This document shows positions 13,317-23,772 of a DNA stretch of 64,000 nucleotides, piece by piece (the stretch's first letter is position 1; each line of letters opens with the position of its first letter). The DNA lies in NCBI GenBank assembly GCA_963749075.1, contig CAVVLJ010000016.1, positions 448,001-512,000 of the forward strand. Direction: 5' to 3'. Origin of the DNA: an uncultured Pseudomonadota bacterium. Lineage in GTDB: Bacteria > Pseudomonadota > Alphaproteobacteria > JACZXZ01. Both the position numbers and the translations under genes were made by a program. The notes under the pieces were generated by a model. It had not been told where the DNA came from, searched no databases, and saw nothing but the letters and a program-made list of their open reading frames with translations.

Positions 13317-14438
13317 ATGGCAATGACTCTTGATCGAGCAATGTCCGAACCGAAGGAAATTTACAGAGACGTCGGCGTCGACACCGATCAAGCGGACGCC
13401 GGCCTGCAACGCCTCGTTCGTCGTGTGAAAACCACATGGCCGCCGCACGGCATGATCGGCGAAGTCAAGCTGGATATCGGCTATTTCGCGAATGTCATCG
13501 ACCTGGGCCACGTGGGGCTCGCCATCTGCACGGATGGCATCGGCTCCAAAGCGATCATCGCACAGATGATGCACCGCTATGACACGGTGGGCATCGACTG
13601 CGTAGCGATGAATGTCAATGACCTCATCTGCGTAGGGGCGCGGCCCCTGTCGATGGTGGACTACATCGCCGTGCAGAAAGCCAATCCCGACTTGCTCGAT
13701 GCTCTATCCGTCGGGCTCACCGAGGGCGCCAAACTCGCCGGCATCTCGATATCCGGCGGCGAGATCTCGCAAATCAAGGACATCATCAAGGGAAGCCGGG
13801 AGGGCTACGGTTTTGACCTGGTCGGGATGGCGGTCGGCGATGTCGCTTTGGACAAGATCAACAGCGGCCAAGATGTGCGGGACGGCGACATCGTCATCGG
13901 AATAACAAGCAATGGAATACACAGCAATGGATTGAGCCTCGCGCGGTACGGATTTTTTGAGCTGAACAGCTTCGACTTGGATCACCAGTTCGACGGTCTC
14001 GAGCTGCCTCTCGGTATGGAGCTGTTGCGGCCGACCCATATCTATGTACGTGAAGTTCTTGCTGTGCTGGACGCCGTAAAGGGCGTCAAGGCGATGGTGC
14101 ACATTACAAGCGACGGTCTTCTCAATTTGACCCGAGTTGCGGCCCAAGTGGGCTACAGGATCGACAACCTTCCTCCGACTCCTCGGATATTCTCCCTCGT
14201 TCAGCAGTACGCCCGTGTCGATGAAGCGGAAATGTTCCAGGTCTACAACATGGGGGTGGGCTTCTGCATCGTGGTTGCGCCCGAAGCGGTCAGCGAGACG
14301 CTCAGCGTCCTTGAAAGCCACGGTCGAACGGCGCTTGAGATCGGCCATGCGGTAGCCGATCGGCAGAAGCGAGTTTTCATCGAGGATCGGCTCGTCGGCA
14401 TTGGCAAAAGATTCTCGCGGCTTGACCGTGCGTCCTAG
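13317..14438 (+). CDS. purM: Phosphoribosylformylglycinamidine cyclo-ligase (AIR synthetase)
   Basis: YRDVGVD, TDGIGSK, GIDCVAMNVNDLICVGARP, SNGIHSNGLSLAR, VHITSDG, FQVYNMGVGF. Confidence 0.92.
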   Translation: MAMTLDRAMSEPKEIYRDVGVDTDQADAGLQRLVRRVKTTWPPHGMIGEVKLDIGYFANVIDLGHVGLAICTDGIGSKAIIAQMMHRYDTVGIDCVAMNVNDLICVGARPLSMVDYIAVQKANPDLLDALSVGLTEGAKLAGISISGGEISQIKDIIKGSREGYGFDLVGMAVGDVALDKINSGQDVRDGDIVIGITSNGIHSNGLSLARYGFFELNSFDLDHQFDGLELPLGMELLRPTHIYVREVLAVLDAVKGVKAMVHITSDGLLNLTRVAAQVGYRIDNLPPTPRIFSLVQQYARVDEAEMFQVYNMGVGFCIVVAPEAVSETLSVLESHGRTALEIGHAVADRQKRVFIEDRLVGIGKRFSRLDRAS

Positions 14439-14440
14439 AG

Positions 14441-14830
14441 ATGAACGCTACTCTGCGTTCGCAACGCAGGCTGCAGGCTCTTCGTGATCGGGTCTCTAAA
14501 GTCAGAAGCAAGCCGACGATCGAATACGACGACGTCGAGCGGCTGAGGCAAGCCGTGATGGCCACGGCAGAAGAGCTGTTTGGCGCTCAATCAGTCGAAA
14601 GGCACTCTGCCGAGATTCAGGCATTGCGTCCCGATCAGCTGGAGCAATTGAGAGCAAATACCAAGAGGGTCAGGGTGATACACACAGGCAAGCCAATCCC
14701 ACAGGTTATGCAAGTGCCTGACGTGCAAAAAACCGGATACTACCGAAAGAGACTTCTCGAGCTTGACGAAGCCATCGCCTCGATGGCGTTGTCGCTGGCG
14801 ACGGGCAAGGCGCTCCCTCCCCGGCAGTGA
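14441..14830 (+). CDS. Hypothetical helical protein coupled to purM
   Basis: ATG 2 nt after purM stop; same lower-GC composition. Confidence 0.55.
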   Translation: MNATLRSQRRLQALRDRVSKVRSKPTIEYDDVERLRQAVMATAEELFGAQSVERHSAEIQALRPDQLEQLRANTKRVRVIHTGKPIPQVMQVPDVQKTGYYRKRLLELDEAIASMALSLATGKALPPRQ

Positions 14831-14882
14831 GGCACGGCTCCTTCCTTGACGGTCAATCCGACTATGTGTGCCTTTCCCCGTC

Positions 14883-16474
14883 TCACCTGCCTCCGCCGTC
14901 CTCCGCCACCGCATCGCCCCAGGGCGACATGATCTCGGTTGCACCCACGTTCAGCTCGCCCTCCCGCAGCACGCCCGCGGGGCAGGCGAAGAGGTAGGGG
15001 AACACGGTGCGCCGGCCGGGGACCAGCTTGAAATGCGCGGCGAGGGCGGCGTGCACCGCGGCGGGCAGGGTCTCGTCGGCGATCGCCGCGTCGCCGCCCG
15101 AGAGGTCGATGCGCGGATGGTGGAAGGCCTCCTCGAGGCTCATGCCGTAATCGACGAGGAAGGAGACGAGCTGCATGACGGCCGGCATGATGCGCCGGCC
15201 GCCCGAGGCGCCCAGCGCAAAGCGCCTGCCGCCGTGCTCGCCGATCACCGGGCAGACGTTCATCAAGCAGCGCTTGCCGGGCTCCATCGAGTTGGGCTTT
15301 CCCGGCTCGGGATCGAACCACAGGATGCCGTTGTTCATGAGAAGGCCGCTCTCAGGCAGCATGACCTTGGAGCCGAAGATCGAGAGCAGCGTCTGGGTCA
15401 CGGCGCAGATATTGCCGTGGCGGTCGACCACGTTGAAATGCGTGGTGCAGGCGGGCCCCGTGCGCGCCCCCTCCGCGTCCACGTCGCCCATGTTGGCGAG
15501 GCGCCAGCGGTAGCCCTCGGCGAGCGCGCGGGCGTAGGCGAGATAGGCGGCGGCGTCCGGCTGGCGGCCGCCCGAAAGCGGCGCCTCGGCGAGAAGCGAG
15601 AGGCAATGGGCGAGCGTCGGCCCCGCGGTGAGCTCGGGCGCCACATGGATCGCGCCGCCGCGATAGGGAATGGCGTGCGGCTCCTCGAGGACAGCGCGGT
15701 AGCCCCGCAGGTCCTCGCGCGGAGAGGCTGCCGCCGGCGCTTGCTCACGTCGCGGACGATGCCGCGCGCGAGCTCGCCTTCGTAGAACTCGCGCGGCCCC
15801 CGCTCGGCGATGCGGCGGAGAGTCGCGGCCATGGCGAGAGAGATCGACGCGCTTCTGCTGGAGCGCCGTCCACGACGAGATGGTCGGCCAGCGCCCCTCC
15901 TCGAGAAAGGTGGCGGCGGCCGTCGGGTTGGCGGCCAGCATGCGCGTGGCGGAGGCGATGAGGAGGGCGGCGTACCAGTCGACGAGCAGGCCCTCCTCCG
16001 CAAGCTCGGCCGCGGGCATCACGAGCTCGCGCCACGGCCGGTTGCCGTGGCCTCGTGCGCCGCGCGCATGCCGTCGACCGTGCCCGGCACCGCGATCGAG
16101 CTGCCGCCCACCGCGTTGCGGTCCTCGACCACGCTCGGCCAGGGGAAGAGATCGGACGAGACGCCGGCGCCCGAGAGCGGGTAATGCGCGGGATCGAGGC
16201 CGCCCGGCGCCCTCGCGCCGAAGTCGACCGTGCGATAGCGTCCCTCGCGCGCGCGGTAGATCACCATGGCGCCGGCGCCGCCCGGCCCGCTCATCCACGG
16301 CTCGAGCACGCCGAGCGCGAAGGAGACGGCGACCGCGGCGTCGACCGCGTCGCCGCCCTTCGCCAGCACCGCGGCACCCACCTCGGCCGCGCGGCGGTGC
16401 TGGGCCGCGACGATGCCGCCTTGAGACGCGACGGCGGGCTTGCGGACGATCTGGCTGCGGGAGAAGTTGTCCAT
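14883..16474 (-). pseudogene. ggt: Gamma-glutamyltransferase family protein, split by ~3 frameshifts (pseudogene or sequencing error)
   Basis: GGDAVDAAVA..LGVLEPWMSGPGG (16019 ORF), REFYEGELA (15398 ORF), TTHFNVVD..GN, GASGGRRI (14883 ORF) lie in different frames. Confidence 0.85.
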
Positions 16475-16500
16475 GGCGGGTCCTTAGGGAGCTATGCAAG

Positions 16501-16546
16501 TCGTCCTTCGAGACGCGTCGCTTGCGCGACGCTCCTCAGGATGAGG
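16501..16546. repeat. REP-type palindrome
   Basis: TCCTTCGAGACGCGTCGC-tt-GCGCGACGCTCCTCAGGATGAGG, common alphaproteobacterial intergenic repeat. Confidence 0.65.
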
Positions 16547-16563
16547 ACGTGGGTGCGCCGTCC

Positions 16564-17571
16564 TCAGCGCTCTTTCTTGGCGAGATACGCCAGCTCGCCG
16601 ATCCAGCGCGCTTGGGAGGCGTAGCTCTCGGGCGGTCCGGCGTCGGCCTCGCTGGCAACCATCGCCGCGAGCCGCGTCTCCTTGGCGGGCGTGTTCTCGG
16701 GCAGCTCGTCGAGCGCCTCCTCGAGCTTGGGGGCATAGTCGGCGCCGACCGGGCAAACGTCCTGGCAGCGCCGGCAGCCGGTGACGACGCCGGAGCCGCG
16801 CAGGATGCTCTGCCACAGGTTGAAGCTGGTCTCCGAGCGCAGCGCCTTCTTCTGCAGCGCCGCGTCCGGCTCGTCGATAATGCGGCCGATGTGCTCCGCG
16901 AGCTGGGCGAAGCCGTGGGGCGAGCGGTAGCGGTCGCATGCCGGCCAGTCGCGCTGCCAATGGCCGACCACGTCGCCCGGGCAAGTCTTGAGGCAGCGCC
17001 CGCAGGACGGGCCGAGGCAGAGCGCCGTCTCCATCTTGCGATCCGGCTCGACGGGCGGCGAGGAGAGCACGGCGGTCAGGATCACGCGCGGGCCGTACTC
17101 TGGCGTCAAGAGCTGCAGGTTGAGACCAAGCGTGCCGAGCCCGGCCTCGACCGCGGCGTGGCTGAGCGAGAGGATGGTCGAGAGATGCGCCTCCGGATCG
17201 CCCTGATAGCGCCAGGGATCGACGTGGGTCGGCGGGATGACGATGGCGGGATAGCCCTGGTCCTCGAGCCAATAGACGAGCTCGAGGGAGGCCTCCTCCA
17301 GGAGGGTGAGGGTGAGCTCGTCGTTGTAGTACTTGTGCCGCTCGTCCCAGCGCTTAAGCCGCGTGGTGCCCACGGTGTAGTGCTTGGCGAGCACGATCGC
17401 CCGCTCGCCGTCGTGCTCGGTGATGTCGCGCGGCCGGCGCGGATCGCGCGGGTCGGGCGGATAGCGGTCCATGATCCTGCCGTCGGCGATGCCGACGAGA
17501 TCGGCGCCGAGGGCGCGCGCCTTGGCCTTGATCTCCTCCGCCGTGATCGGGGCCTTGAAGATCGCGACCAT
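16564..17571 (-). CDS. QueG/reductive-dehalogenase-like 2x[4Fe-4S] protein
   Basis: GADLVGIA, HAAVEAGLGTLG, TPEYGPRV, CxxxxCxxCxxxCP and CRRCQDVCP. Confidence 0.8.
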   Translation of the reverse strand: MVAIFKAPITAEEIKAKARALGADLVGIADGRIMDRYPPDPRDPRRPRDITEHDGERAIVLAKHYTVGTTRLKRWDERHKYYNDELTLTLLEEASLELVYWLEDQGYPAIVIPPTHVDPWRYQGDPEAHLSTILSLSHAAVEAGLGTLGLNLQLLTPEYGPRVILTAVLSSPPVEPDRKMETALCLGPSCGRCLKTCPGDVVGHWQRDWPACDRYRSPHGFAQLAEHIGRIIDEPDAALQKKALRSETSFNLWQSILRGSGVVTGCRRCQDVCPVGADYAPKLEEALDELPENTPAKETRLAAMVASEADAGPPESYASQARWIGELAYLAKKER

Positions 17572-17579
17572 GGCGCCGG

Positions 17580-18656
17580 TCAGCCCTCGTCCGCGCCCAG
17601 AGATGCCGCCGCGGCCAGCTCCGTCTGGCGCCGCTTGAAGTCCTGCAGCTGGCGCGCCACCAGCTGCTGGTAGCCCTCGGGCCCGACCCAGCGGATGTTC
17701 CACTCGTTCAGCCCGTCGATCGCCGCGCCCGCCTGCCGCGCCTCCTTCATCGCCTTGGCCTTGGCGGTCTTTTCCGGCGTGCGCTCGGGGATCGCCTTCT
17801 GCATCTCGGCCAGGTGCGCGTGATAGTCGTCGCCGACCGGGCAGACGGCGAGGCAGCGCGGGCAGTCGCCGAAGGAGCCGACCACGCGCAAGAGGCCCTG
17901 CCAGAAGCCGAAGAGATCGCGCGAGCGGGCGAGTGCCGCCTTCTCGGCGCGCGGCGCCGCGATGAAGCGCTCGAAGAACTTGAGGATGGTCGAGAAGCCG
18001 AACTCCTGGGCTTCGGTGGCGCAGGCGCGCTTGTCGATGTCGAAGTGCCCGACCGCGTCGGCGGGGCAGCTGTGGAGGCAGCGCGAGCAGGATTCGCCGA
18101 TGCAGACCTGCTCACTCATGGGATGGTCGGGCTCGAGCTCGAGCTCGGTCAGGATGCCGGTGAGATAAAGGCGCGGGCCGAACTCGGGCGTCAGGATATT
18201 GACCTCGAGGCCAAGCGTGCCGAGCCCCGCCTCGACGCCGAGATGGCGGGTGGAGAGGCGGCCGTAGCTCGCGGTCTTGTAGTCCCAGTCAGTCTCCTGC
18301 GCCGCGGTCACGAAGCTCGCAGCACCCGCCCGCTCGAGCCACTCGGCCAGGCGGTAGGCGATCTTGTCCATGCGGCGCAGCACCAGCATGTCGAGGTACT
18401 GCACCGGCACGTTCGTCTTGCAGCGGAAGGCGCCCGCGGGAATGCGCTGGGCTATGACGATGACGCTCCTGCAATGGGGCGAGATGCGCGCGGGCGTCTG
18501 CGGAAATCTCGGGTCCGGCGGGAAGGCGTTGAGCGTCGCAGCGCTGGCGATGCCGACGAGGTGCGCGCCGAGCTCCCGCGCATGGGCCTTGACCTGCGCC
18601 GCGCCGGGAGGGGCGGGGGCCGCCCCGGCTGCACGCGTGGCACGCTCGCCTTCCAT
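17580..18656 (-). CDS. QueG/reductive-dehalogenase-like 2x[4Fe-4S] protein (paralogue)
   Basis: GAHLVGIA, HLGVEAGLGTLG, TPEFGPRL, CSRCLHSCP, CPRCLAVCP. Confidence 0.8.
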   Translation of the reverse strand: MEGERATRAAGAAPAPPGAAQVKAHARELGAHLVGIASAATLNAFPPDPRFPQTPARISPHCRSVIVIAQRIPAGAFRCKTNVPVQYLDMLVLRRMDKIAYRLAEWLERAGAASFVTAAQETDWDYKTASYGRLSTRHLGVEAGLGTLGLEVNILTPEFGPRLYLTGILTELELEPDHPMSEQVCIGESCSRCLHSCPADAVGHFDIDKRACATEAQEFGFSTILKFFERFIAAPRAEKAALARSRDLFGFWQGLLRVVGSFGDCPRCLAVCPVGDDYHAHLAEMQKAIPERTPEKTAKAKAMKEARQAGAAIDGLNEWNIRWVGPEGYQQLVARQLQDFKRRQTELAAAASLGADEG

Positions 18657-18718
18657 GGCAGTTCTTATAGCCGAGGCGGGGGTGCGGTTCGAGAGCCGAG
18701 ATGGCGTCCGCCCCGGCG

Positions 18719-19123
18719 TCACTTGGCCGGGAGCACGAGCTGGGTCTGGGTGACGAGCGCCACGAGCCGGCCCTCGGCGGTCGCGATGCGCGTCTGCCAC
18801 ACCATGGTGCGCTTGCCGCGGTGGACGGGCGTGCATTCGCCGGTGAGCCTGGCGCCGAGTGGGGCGGCGGCGAGGAAGTTGGTCTTGCTCTCGAGCGTGG
18901 TGGTGCCGGCGCCCTCGGGCAAGTTGAGCACGGTGGCGACGGCGCCGAGGGTGTCGGCAAAGGCCATGACGGCGCCGCCGTGCAGCACCGCCGGGCGGGT
19001 GCAGAGCTCCTCGCGCACGGTGAGGGTGGCCACCACCTTCTCGGGCGCCGCCTCCACATAGTCGATGCCGAGCAGCTTCGCGAAGGGGAGCTCCACCGCT
19101 CTCGCGCGCTCGAGCATGTCCAT
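18719..19123 (-). CDS. PaaI-family thioesterase
   Basis: LHGGAVMAFADTLG, TTLESKTNFL, HRGKRTMVW. Confidence 0.9.
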   Translation of the reverse strand: MDMLERARAVELPFAKLLGIDYVEAAPEKVVATLTVREELCTRPAVLHGGAVMAFADTLGAVATVLNLPEGAGTTTLESKTNFLAAAPLGARLTGECTPVHRGKRTMVWQTRIATAEGRLVALVTQTQLVLPAK

Positions 19124-19316
19124 GGCGTTCTCCCTCTTTCGTCCGTCGCGCGAAGTCTCCCATGGCAAGGAACCCGGCCGCAATGATCTCGCGGCTCAAG
19201 GCCTCATTCCGAGATTTGCCGTCCTTGACCGGCGGCTTCCGGCGCTGTCATAGGATAAGCGCATGCCCGCGCCGCGGCGGCGCCGGCAGCCGCTCGCGGC
19301 TTCTAGGGGCAGCATC

Positions 19317-20424
19317 ATGGCGCGTCGGCGACTGCGCGAGCTCGGGATCAGCGTCGGCGTGCTGCCGAGCGGTGCCTTCAACGCCATCACCGACGTGGCC
19401 GGCGTCGAGGTCGGGTACTGCACGCTGGTCCGCGACGCGCCGCACGTCGTGCGCACGGGCGTCACGGCGATCTGGCCGCGCGGACCCGAGATCTGGACCG
19501 ACTACGTCTTTGCCGGCACCTTCTCCTTCAACGGCAACGGCGAGATGACCGGCCTGCCGTGGCTCGCGGAGCAGGGCATGCTCGGGGCACCCATCGGCAT
19601 CACGAACACCTACCAGGTCGGCCTCGTGCGCGACGCGATCTCGGCGCTCGCGGTGCGCGACGCCGCCTCGCAGGCCTTCCACCTGCCGGTCGTCGCCGAG
19701 ACCTACGACGGCTGGCTGAGCGACATCCAGAGCTTCCCGCTCAAAGAGGAGCATGCGCTTGCCGCCTTCGACTCCGCCACGGGCGGCGGGCCGATTGCCG
19801 AGGGCAACGTCGGCGGCGGCACCGGCATGATCTGCCACGAGTTCAAGGGCGGCACGGGCACCGCCTCGCGGCTCGTGCGCGAGGATGGCGTGCCTTATAC
19901 CGTGGGGAGCCCTGGTCCAGGCGAATTACGGGCTCCGCGAGCTCCTGCGCGTCGATGGCGTGCCGGTCGGCCGCGAGATCGGTCCGGAGATCGTCCCGGC
20001 GCACCGCTCGGGCGCGCGCAAGGCGGCACCGGACGAGGCCGGCGGTTCGATCATCGTCGTGCTGGCGACAGACGCGCCCCTCCTCCCCATCCAATGCCAG
20101 CGTCTGGCGCGGCGTGCCGCAACCGGCCTCGCCTGGGCCGGCGGCATCGGCGACAACGGCAGCGGCGACATCTTCCTCGCCTTCTCGACGGCCAACCACA
20201 TCGGCCAGGACGACAAGACGACGGACGTGCGCATGCTCGCGCCCGCGGCGATGACCAGTCTCTTCCGCGCCGCCGCCGAGGCGACCGAGGAGGCGATCTT
20301 GAACGCGCTCTGCATGGCGGAGACGATGACGGGCCGCGAGGGCCGCACCGTCCACGCGCTCCCGCTCGACCGCCTCGAGGAGGTGATGCGGCGCTATCGG
20401 CCGTGGACGCCATCGCAGTCATGA
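19317..20424 (+). CDS. DmpA/P1 (S58) aminopeptidase, one frameshift near 19905
   Basis: NAITDVAGVEVG, NGNGEMTG, EGNVGGGTGMIC..FKGGTGTASR, then GALVQANYG, GSIIVVLATDAP, NGSGDIFLAFST in another frame. Confidence 0.85.
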
Positions 20425-20499
20425 CGGCCGCTCCGACACACTTTATCATCGGCGCAGGCACCCGAAATCATCGGCGCAGCAGCCGAAGGATGTGACGCC

Positions 20500-20982
20500 A
20501 TGCCCCTGCGAACGCGCTTCGCTTTGCTCCTCAGTTTGGTCTTCGCCTTGGCGGCGTCAAGTGCGCCGGCTCGCTCCGACTGCTATCGGGATTGCCAGAA
20601 CCAATGCAGCGATGCCTCGGGCAATATCACGTCGCAGGAGTGCGTCAACAGCTGCAGTCGCTCGAAATGCCCTCGGCCGACGGTTTCCTATGGCTCGATC
20701 GCCTATGGCATGACAAGCCATTCCGCCGGCTGGTCCTACGATTACCGCGACGCCGCCGAAGCCGATCGGGTGGCGCTCGCGAGCTGCGCCAAGCACGGCG
20801 ACGACTGCAAGACCGTGCTCAGCTTCTCCAACGGCTGCGCCGCCGTCGCGGCGGGCGGCGGTGCCTATGGCACCGGCGAGGGGGGCACGCGCGGGGAGGC
20901 GCAGTCCGCGGCGCTTTCGGCCTGTGTTGGCGTCGGCGGCAAGGATTGTGAAATCCGCGCCTGGAGCTGCGCGCTTCCCTGA
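20500..20982 (+). CDS. Secreted Cys-rich protein with DUF4189-like domain
   Basis: Signal peptide; YGSIAY..GWSY..A...ALASC...C...F.NGCAAVA pattern. Confidence 0.75.
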   Translation: MPLRTRFALLLSLVFALAASSAPARSDCYRDCQNQCSDASGNITSQECVNSCSRSKCPRPTVSYGSIAYGMTSHSAGWSYDYRDAAEADRVALASCAKHGDDCKTVLSFSNGCAAVAAGGGAYGTGEGGTRGEAQSAALSACVGVGGKDCEIRAWSCALP

Positions 20983-21060
20983 GAGCGGGGGTGCTTGCGG
21001 CCGGATGCGCGCGCAAGCGCGTCGAGCGGGGAAAAATCGCCGGATTGTACCACTACCCGC

Positions 21061-21140
21061 TTGACCGATGGCCATCCGTGTGCTAGCTTTTTTCCATCCT
21101 GACGAGTTGCGCCCGCCGCCGTGCGGGCGTTTTGTTTTCC
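21061..21140 (+). promoter_or_regulatory. Promoter plus hairpin/U-tract leader in front of the packaging genes
   Basis: TTGACC-17-TAGCTT, then CGCCCGC-cgccgt-GCGGGCG-TTTT; paralogous to 31364-31440. Confidence 0.55.
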
Positions 21141-21268
21141 GATGTGCGACCGCATTCCGCGAGCACGCGGCCGATCCCAGCCAAGGTCCTCTGCCATGAC
21201 AACGCGACGCGCGGGCTGCGCGGCGCCGCCGGACGGCGCCTGAGCGCCGCCCGGGACGAGCGCGCGCG

Positions 21269-21880
21269 ATGGCCGGACGGCATCCCTTCACGCCGACGGA
21301 GAAAGAGCGCGGCATGGTCGAGGCGCTCGCGGGGCTCGGTCTCGCCCAGGAGGACATCAGCCTCCTCATCATCAACCCCGCGACCGGCAAGCACATCGAC
21401 GCCAAGACCCTGCGCAAGGCCTTCGCCCATGAGCTCAGCGTGGGCGGCGCCAAGGCGAAGGCGGAGATCGCGCGCACCATCTTCAAGATGGCGACCGAGG
21501 ACAAGAGCGTGAGCGCCGCCCTCTTCCTCGCCAAGACCCGCCTCGGTTGGAAAGAGCCACCCGCCAATGAGCAGAAGGACGCGGGCGGCACCGCCCATGA
21601 GGACGCCCTCGAGGACCTTGAGCTAAGCCTGACGATGCAGCAAAAGACTCGAGATGCCCGCCCGGAAGGGTACGTGCAGGTGACCGTGCAGCCATCTGTA
21701 AAAATTCGGAGCAACGCCGGCATTTATATATTGGTCAATGACCATTATCAGGTCGTAAGCCCTGATAAGAGCGTTGGTTGTGATGAAATTCTGACGCTGC
21801 TGGAAGAGCGTTTTGAAGCATCAATTAGGAACTCTGAGGGGATCGTCGACCAAATCATGTCGCTACGGGAGGCTCGGTAA
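21269..21880 (+). CDS. Terminase small subunit-like protein fused in frame to a foreign C-terminal fragment
   Basis: HTH-like N-part (ISLLIINPATGKHIDAKTLRKAFAHEL) and AALFLAKTRLGWKE typical of TerS; after EDLE (21622) reads into low-GC sequence. Confidence 0.7.
   Translation: MAGRHPFTPTEKERGMVEALAGLGLAQEDISLLIINPATGKHIDAKTLRKAFAHELSVGGAKAKAEIARTIFKMATEDKSVSAALFLAKTRLGWKEPPANEQKDAGGTAHEDALEDLELSLTMQQKTRDARPEGYVQVTVQPSVKIRSNAGIYILVNDHYQVVSPDKSVGCDEILTLLEERFEASIRNSEGIVDQIMSLREAR
21513..21622 (+). repeat. 110-bp direct repeat, copy 1 (terS 3' end)
   Basis: Identical to 23663-23772. Confidence 0.95.
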
Positions 21881-21881
21881 T

Positions 21882-22592
21882 ATGGTTGCGCCAGCCACCG
21901 CTAAGGTGCATGAGGAAACTGATCGGGCTGACGAGGCTTCGAGTAGCACGTTGGGTATGCCCCGCCACTTAAGAGACTTCCTCGCGGACCTTTCTGCATT
22001 TCGTACGCGCCGGGTGCCCAATACGACAGCGCAAGAGAACAGATCGGAGGACGCCGAACCCACTCTAATTATCTCTCCCAATTTGAAAAATGATATGGCG
22101 CCATCGGATGCTGATGCGTTTACGCCATCGGATGCCGACGCGTTTGCGCAGGCGGCCGCGTTGTCATTAGAGCCACGTTCGGAATTGTCGTCACCCGAGA
22201 GGCCGTTGCAAAGCTTTGTCTCGAAGGCCCAGTACGGCGTTGCCGCAACAGGCGCAGAGCAAAGTTCATACGCTCTCCAAGAATGGGAAGGGTACGTCGT
22301 CGAGGTGGGGGGAGAGACCTTTACAGCCCGTTTGTTGGATATCACGGCGGGATCAAAGGTCGAGGGTGAGATAGCGGAGTTTGCTCTCTCCGAGGTTCCC
22401 GGGCACGACGAAGATCTGTTGCGCGTCGGTGCAGTGTTCCGCTGGATCATTGGACATCTTCGCACGAAGGGAGGCACGAGATGGAACGTCAGCCAAATTG
22501 TGTTCCGGCGTCTGCCTCAATGGAAGAGTCGCGATATTGAAGATGCCAATCGTCGCGCTGAGGCGCTGTCGGCGGCTCTCAAATGGGAATAG
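21882..22592 (+). CDS. Hypothetical protein in low-GC insert
   Basis: C-terminal ALQEWEGYVVEV..F.ARL..GAVFRWIIG domain; 24-bp tandem repeat (PSDADAF x2). Confidence 0.65.
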   Translation: MVAPATAKVHEETDRADEASSSTLGMPRHLRDFLADLSAFRTRRVPNTTAQENRSEDAEPTLIISPNLKNDMAPSDADAFTPSDADAFAQAAALSLEPRSELSSPERPLQSFVSKAQYGVAATGAEQSSYALQEWEGYVVEVGGETFTARLLDITAGSKVEGEIAEFALSEVPGHDEDLLRVGAVFRWIIGHLRTKGGTRWNVSQIVFRRLPQWKSRDIEDANRRAEALSAALKWE

Positions 22593-23182
22593 CCGCAGAC
22601 AGTCCTGCGTCCGACCAGCTTGAGGTTGTGCTTCTCGGACCGGGATATGGTGAGTGCTGCGTCGTTCACATCGGCGATCACCTCGCCGTGGTCGTGCTGA
22701 TCCAAGTTGGCGACACCGCTATGCTATTTGGTTCCGATCTCGAAGAAACTGCCGATCAAAATACCGGCTGGTCGGTCATCGTCAATTCGGTCCTTCGGCC
22801 GCAGATACGTGCGACCATTTTTAAGGTTCCTCATCATGGTTCCGAAAACGCCGACAATGGGGACGTGTGGGCGAGCATGCTCGTCGATCGTCCTATCGCC
22901 ATTCTCACGCCTCACCACCGTGGGAGAACGCGGCTCCCCACGCAAACTGACGTTGTCCGGATTACCAGCCGCACCGAATCAGCCTGGTCAAGCTCACGCG
23001 GAATCCCGCAGGTGCAGCGGCGTAGGCCGGAAGTAGCGAAAGAAATCAATATCCGAACTAAAAGGTTTGTGCGCACGGACGCGGCTACAGGCGCAATTCG
23101 CTTGCGCAATGGTGGAGCACGCACACCAGCCACGTGGTGCGTAGAACTATCGAATGGCGCGTGCCATCTCACCGAGATGTAG
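22583..23182 (+). pseudogene. MBL-fold (ComEC-like) hydrolase with internal deletion
   Basis: GPGYGECCVVH start joined directly to MLFGSDLE and FKVPHHGS; HxHxDH motif missing. Confidence 0.65.
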
Positions 23183-23662
23183 GTGGACCGTGCACGGCGT
23201 AGAGCCGTCGATTGCTTGACCCTGAGCGGCTGAGGCCGCCGTGCGCCAATATGCGTGGCCACTCGCCAGAAGGGGCCGGCCTCGTCATTGCCCCTTTCGG
23301 GCAGAAGGCTATCGTAGGTCAGCGTGAATTCCAAGAGCTTGCTCGCTGCATTGATGGAACGCTCAAATATGCCGGCCCCCGTTCAGCCTCAGTATCGATC
23401 TGCGAAAAATCATCGGACTGGCGAGGTTGCGCGATGGACTCTTCCACTATTGGTTGGGCACTTTGCAAAAGCGACAATTGGCCGAGTTTTTAAATTTCAA
23501 TGATTTGCTCGTGTACGCTCGCATTGCCTCGTAATTAACCTTTCCCTCTCCATCGAGAGGACTGGGAGTTATAACTTAGCTCCACGCGGGCCGTTCGGTT
23601 TTTGGAAGCGAACAAAAACGGATCGATCGAGAGGTGCGACCGCAAGTGAGTGCCTGGACTAG

Positions 23663-23772
23663 GCGCCGCCCTCTTCCTCGCCAAGACCCGCCTCGGTTGG
23701 AAAGAGCCACCCGCCAATGAGCAGAAGGACGCGGGCGGCACCGCCCATGAGGACGCCCTCGAGGACCTTGAG
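23663..23772 (+). repeat. 110-bp direct repeat, copy 2 (terS end/terL start)
   Basis: Identical to 21513-21622, followed by native TAA overlapping the TTG start of terL. Confidence 0.95.
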
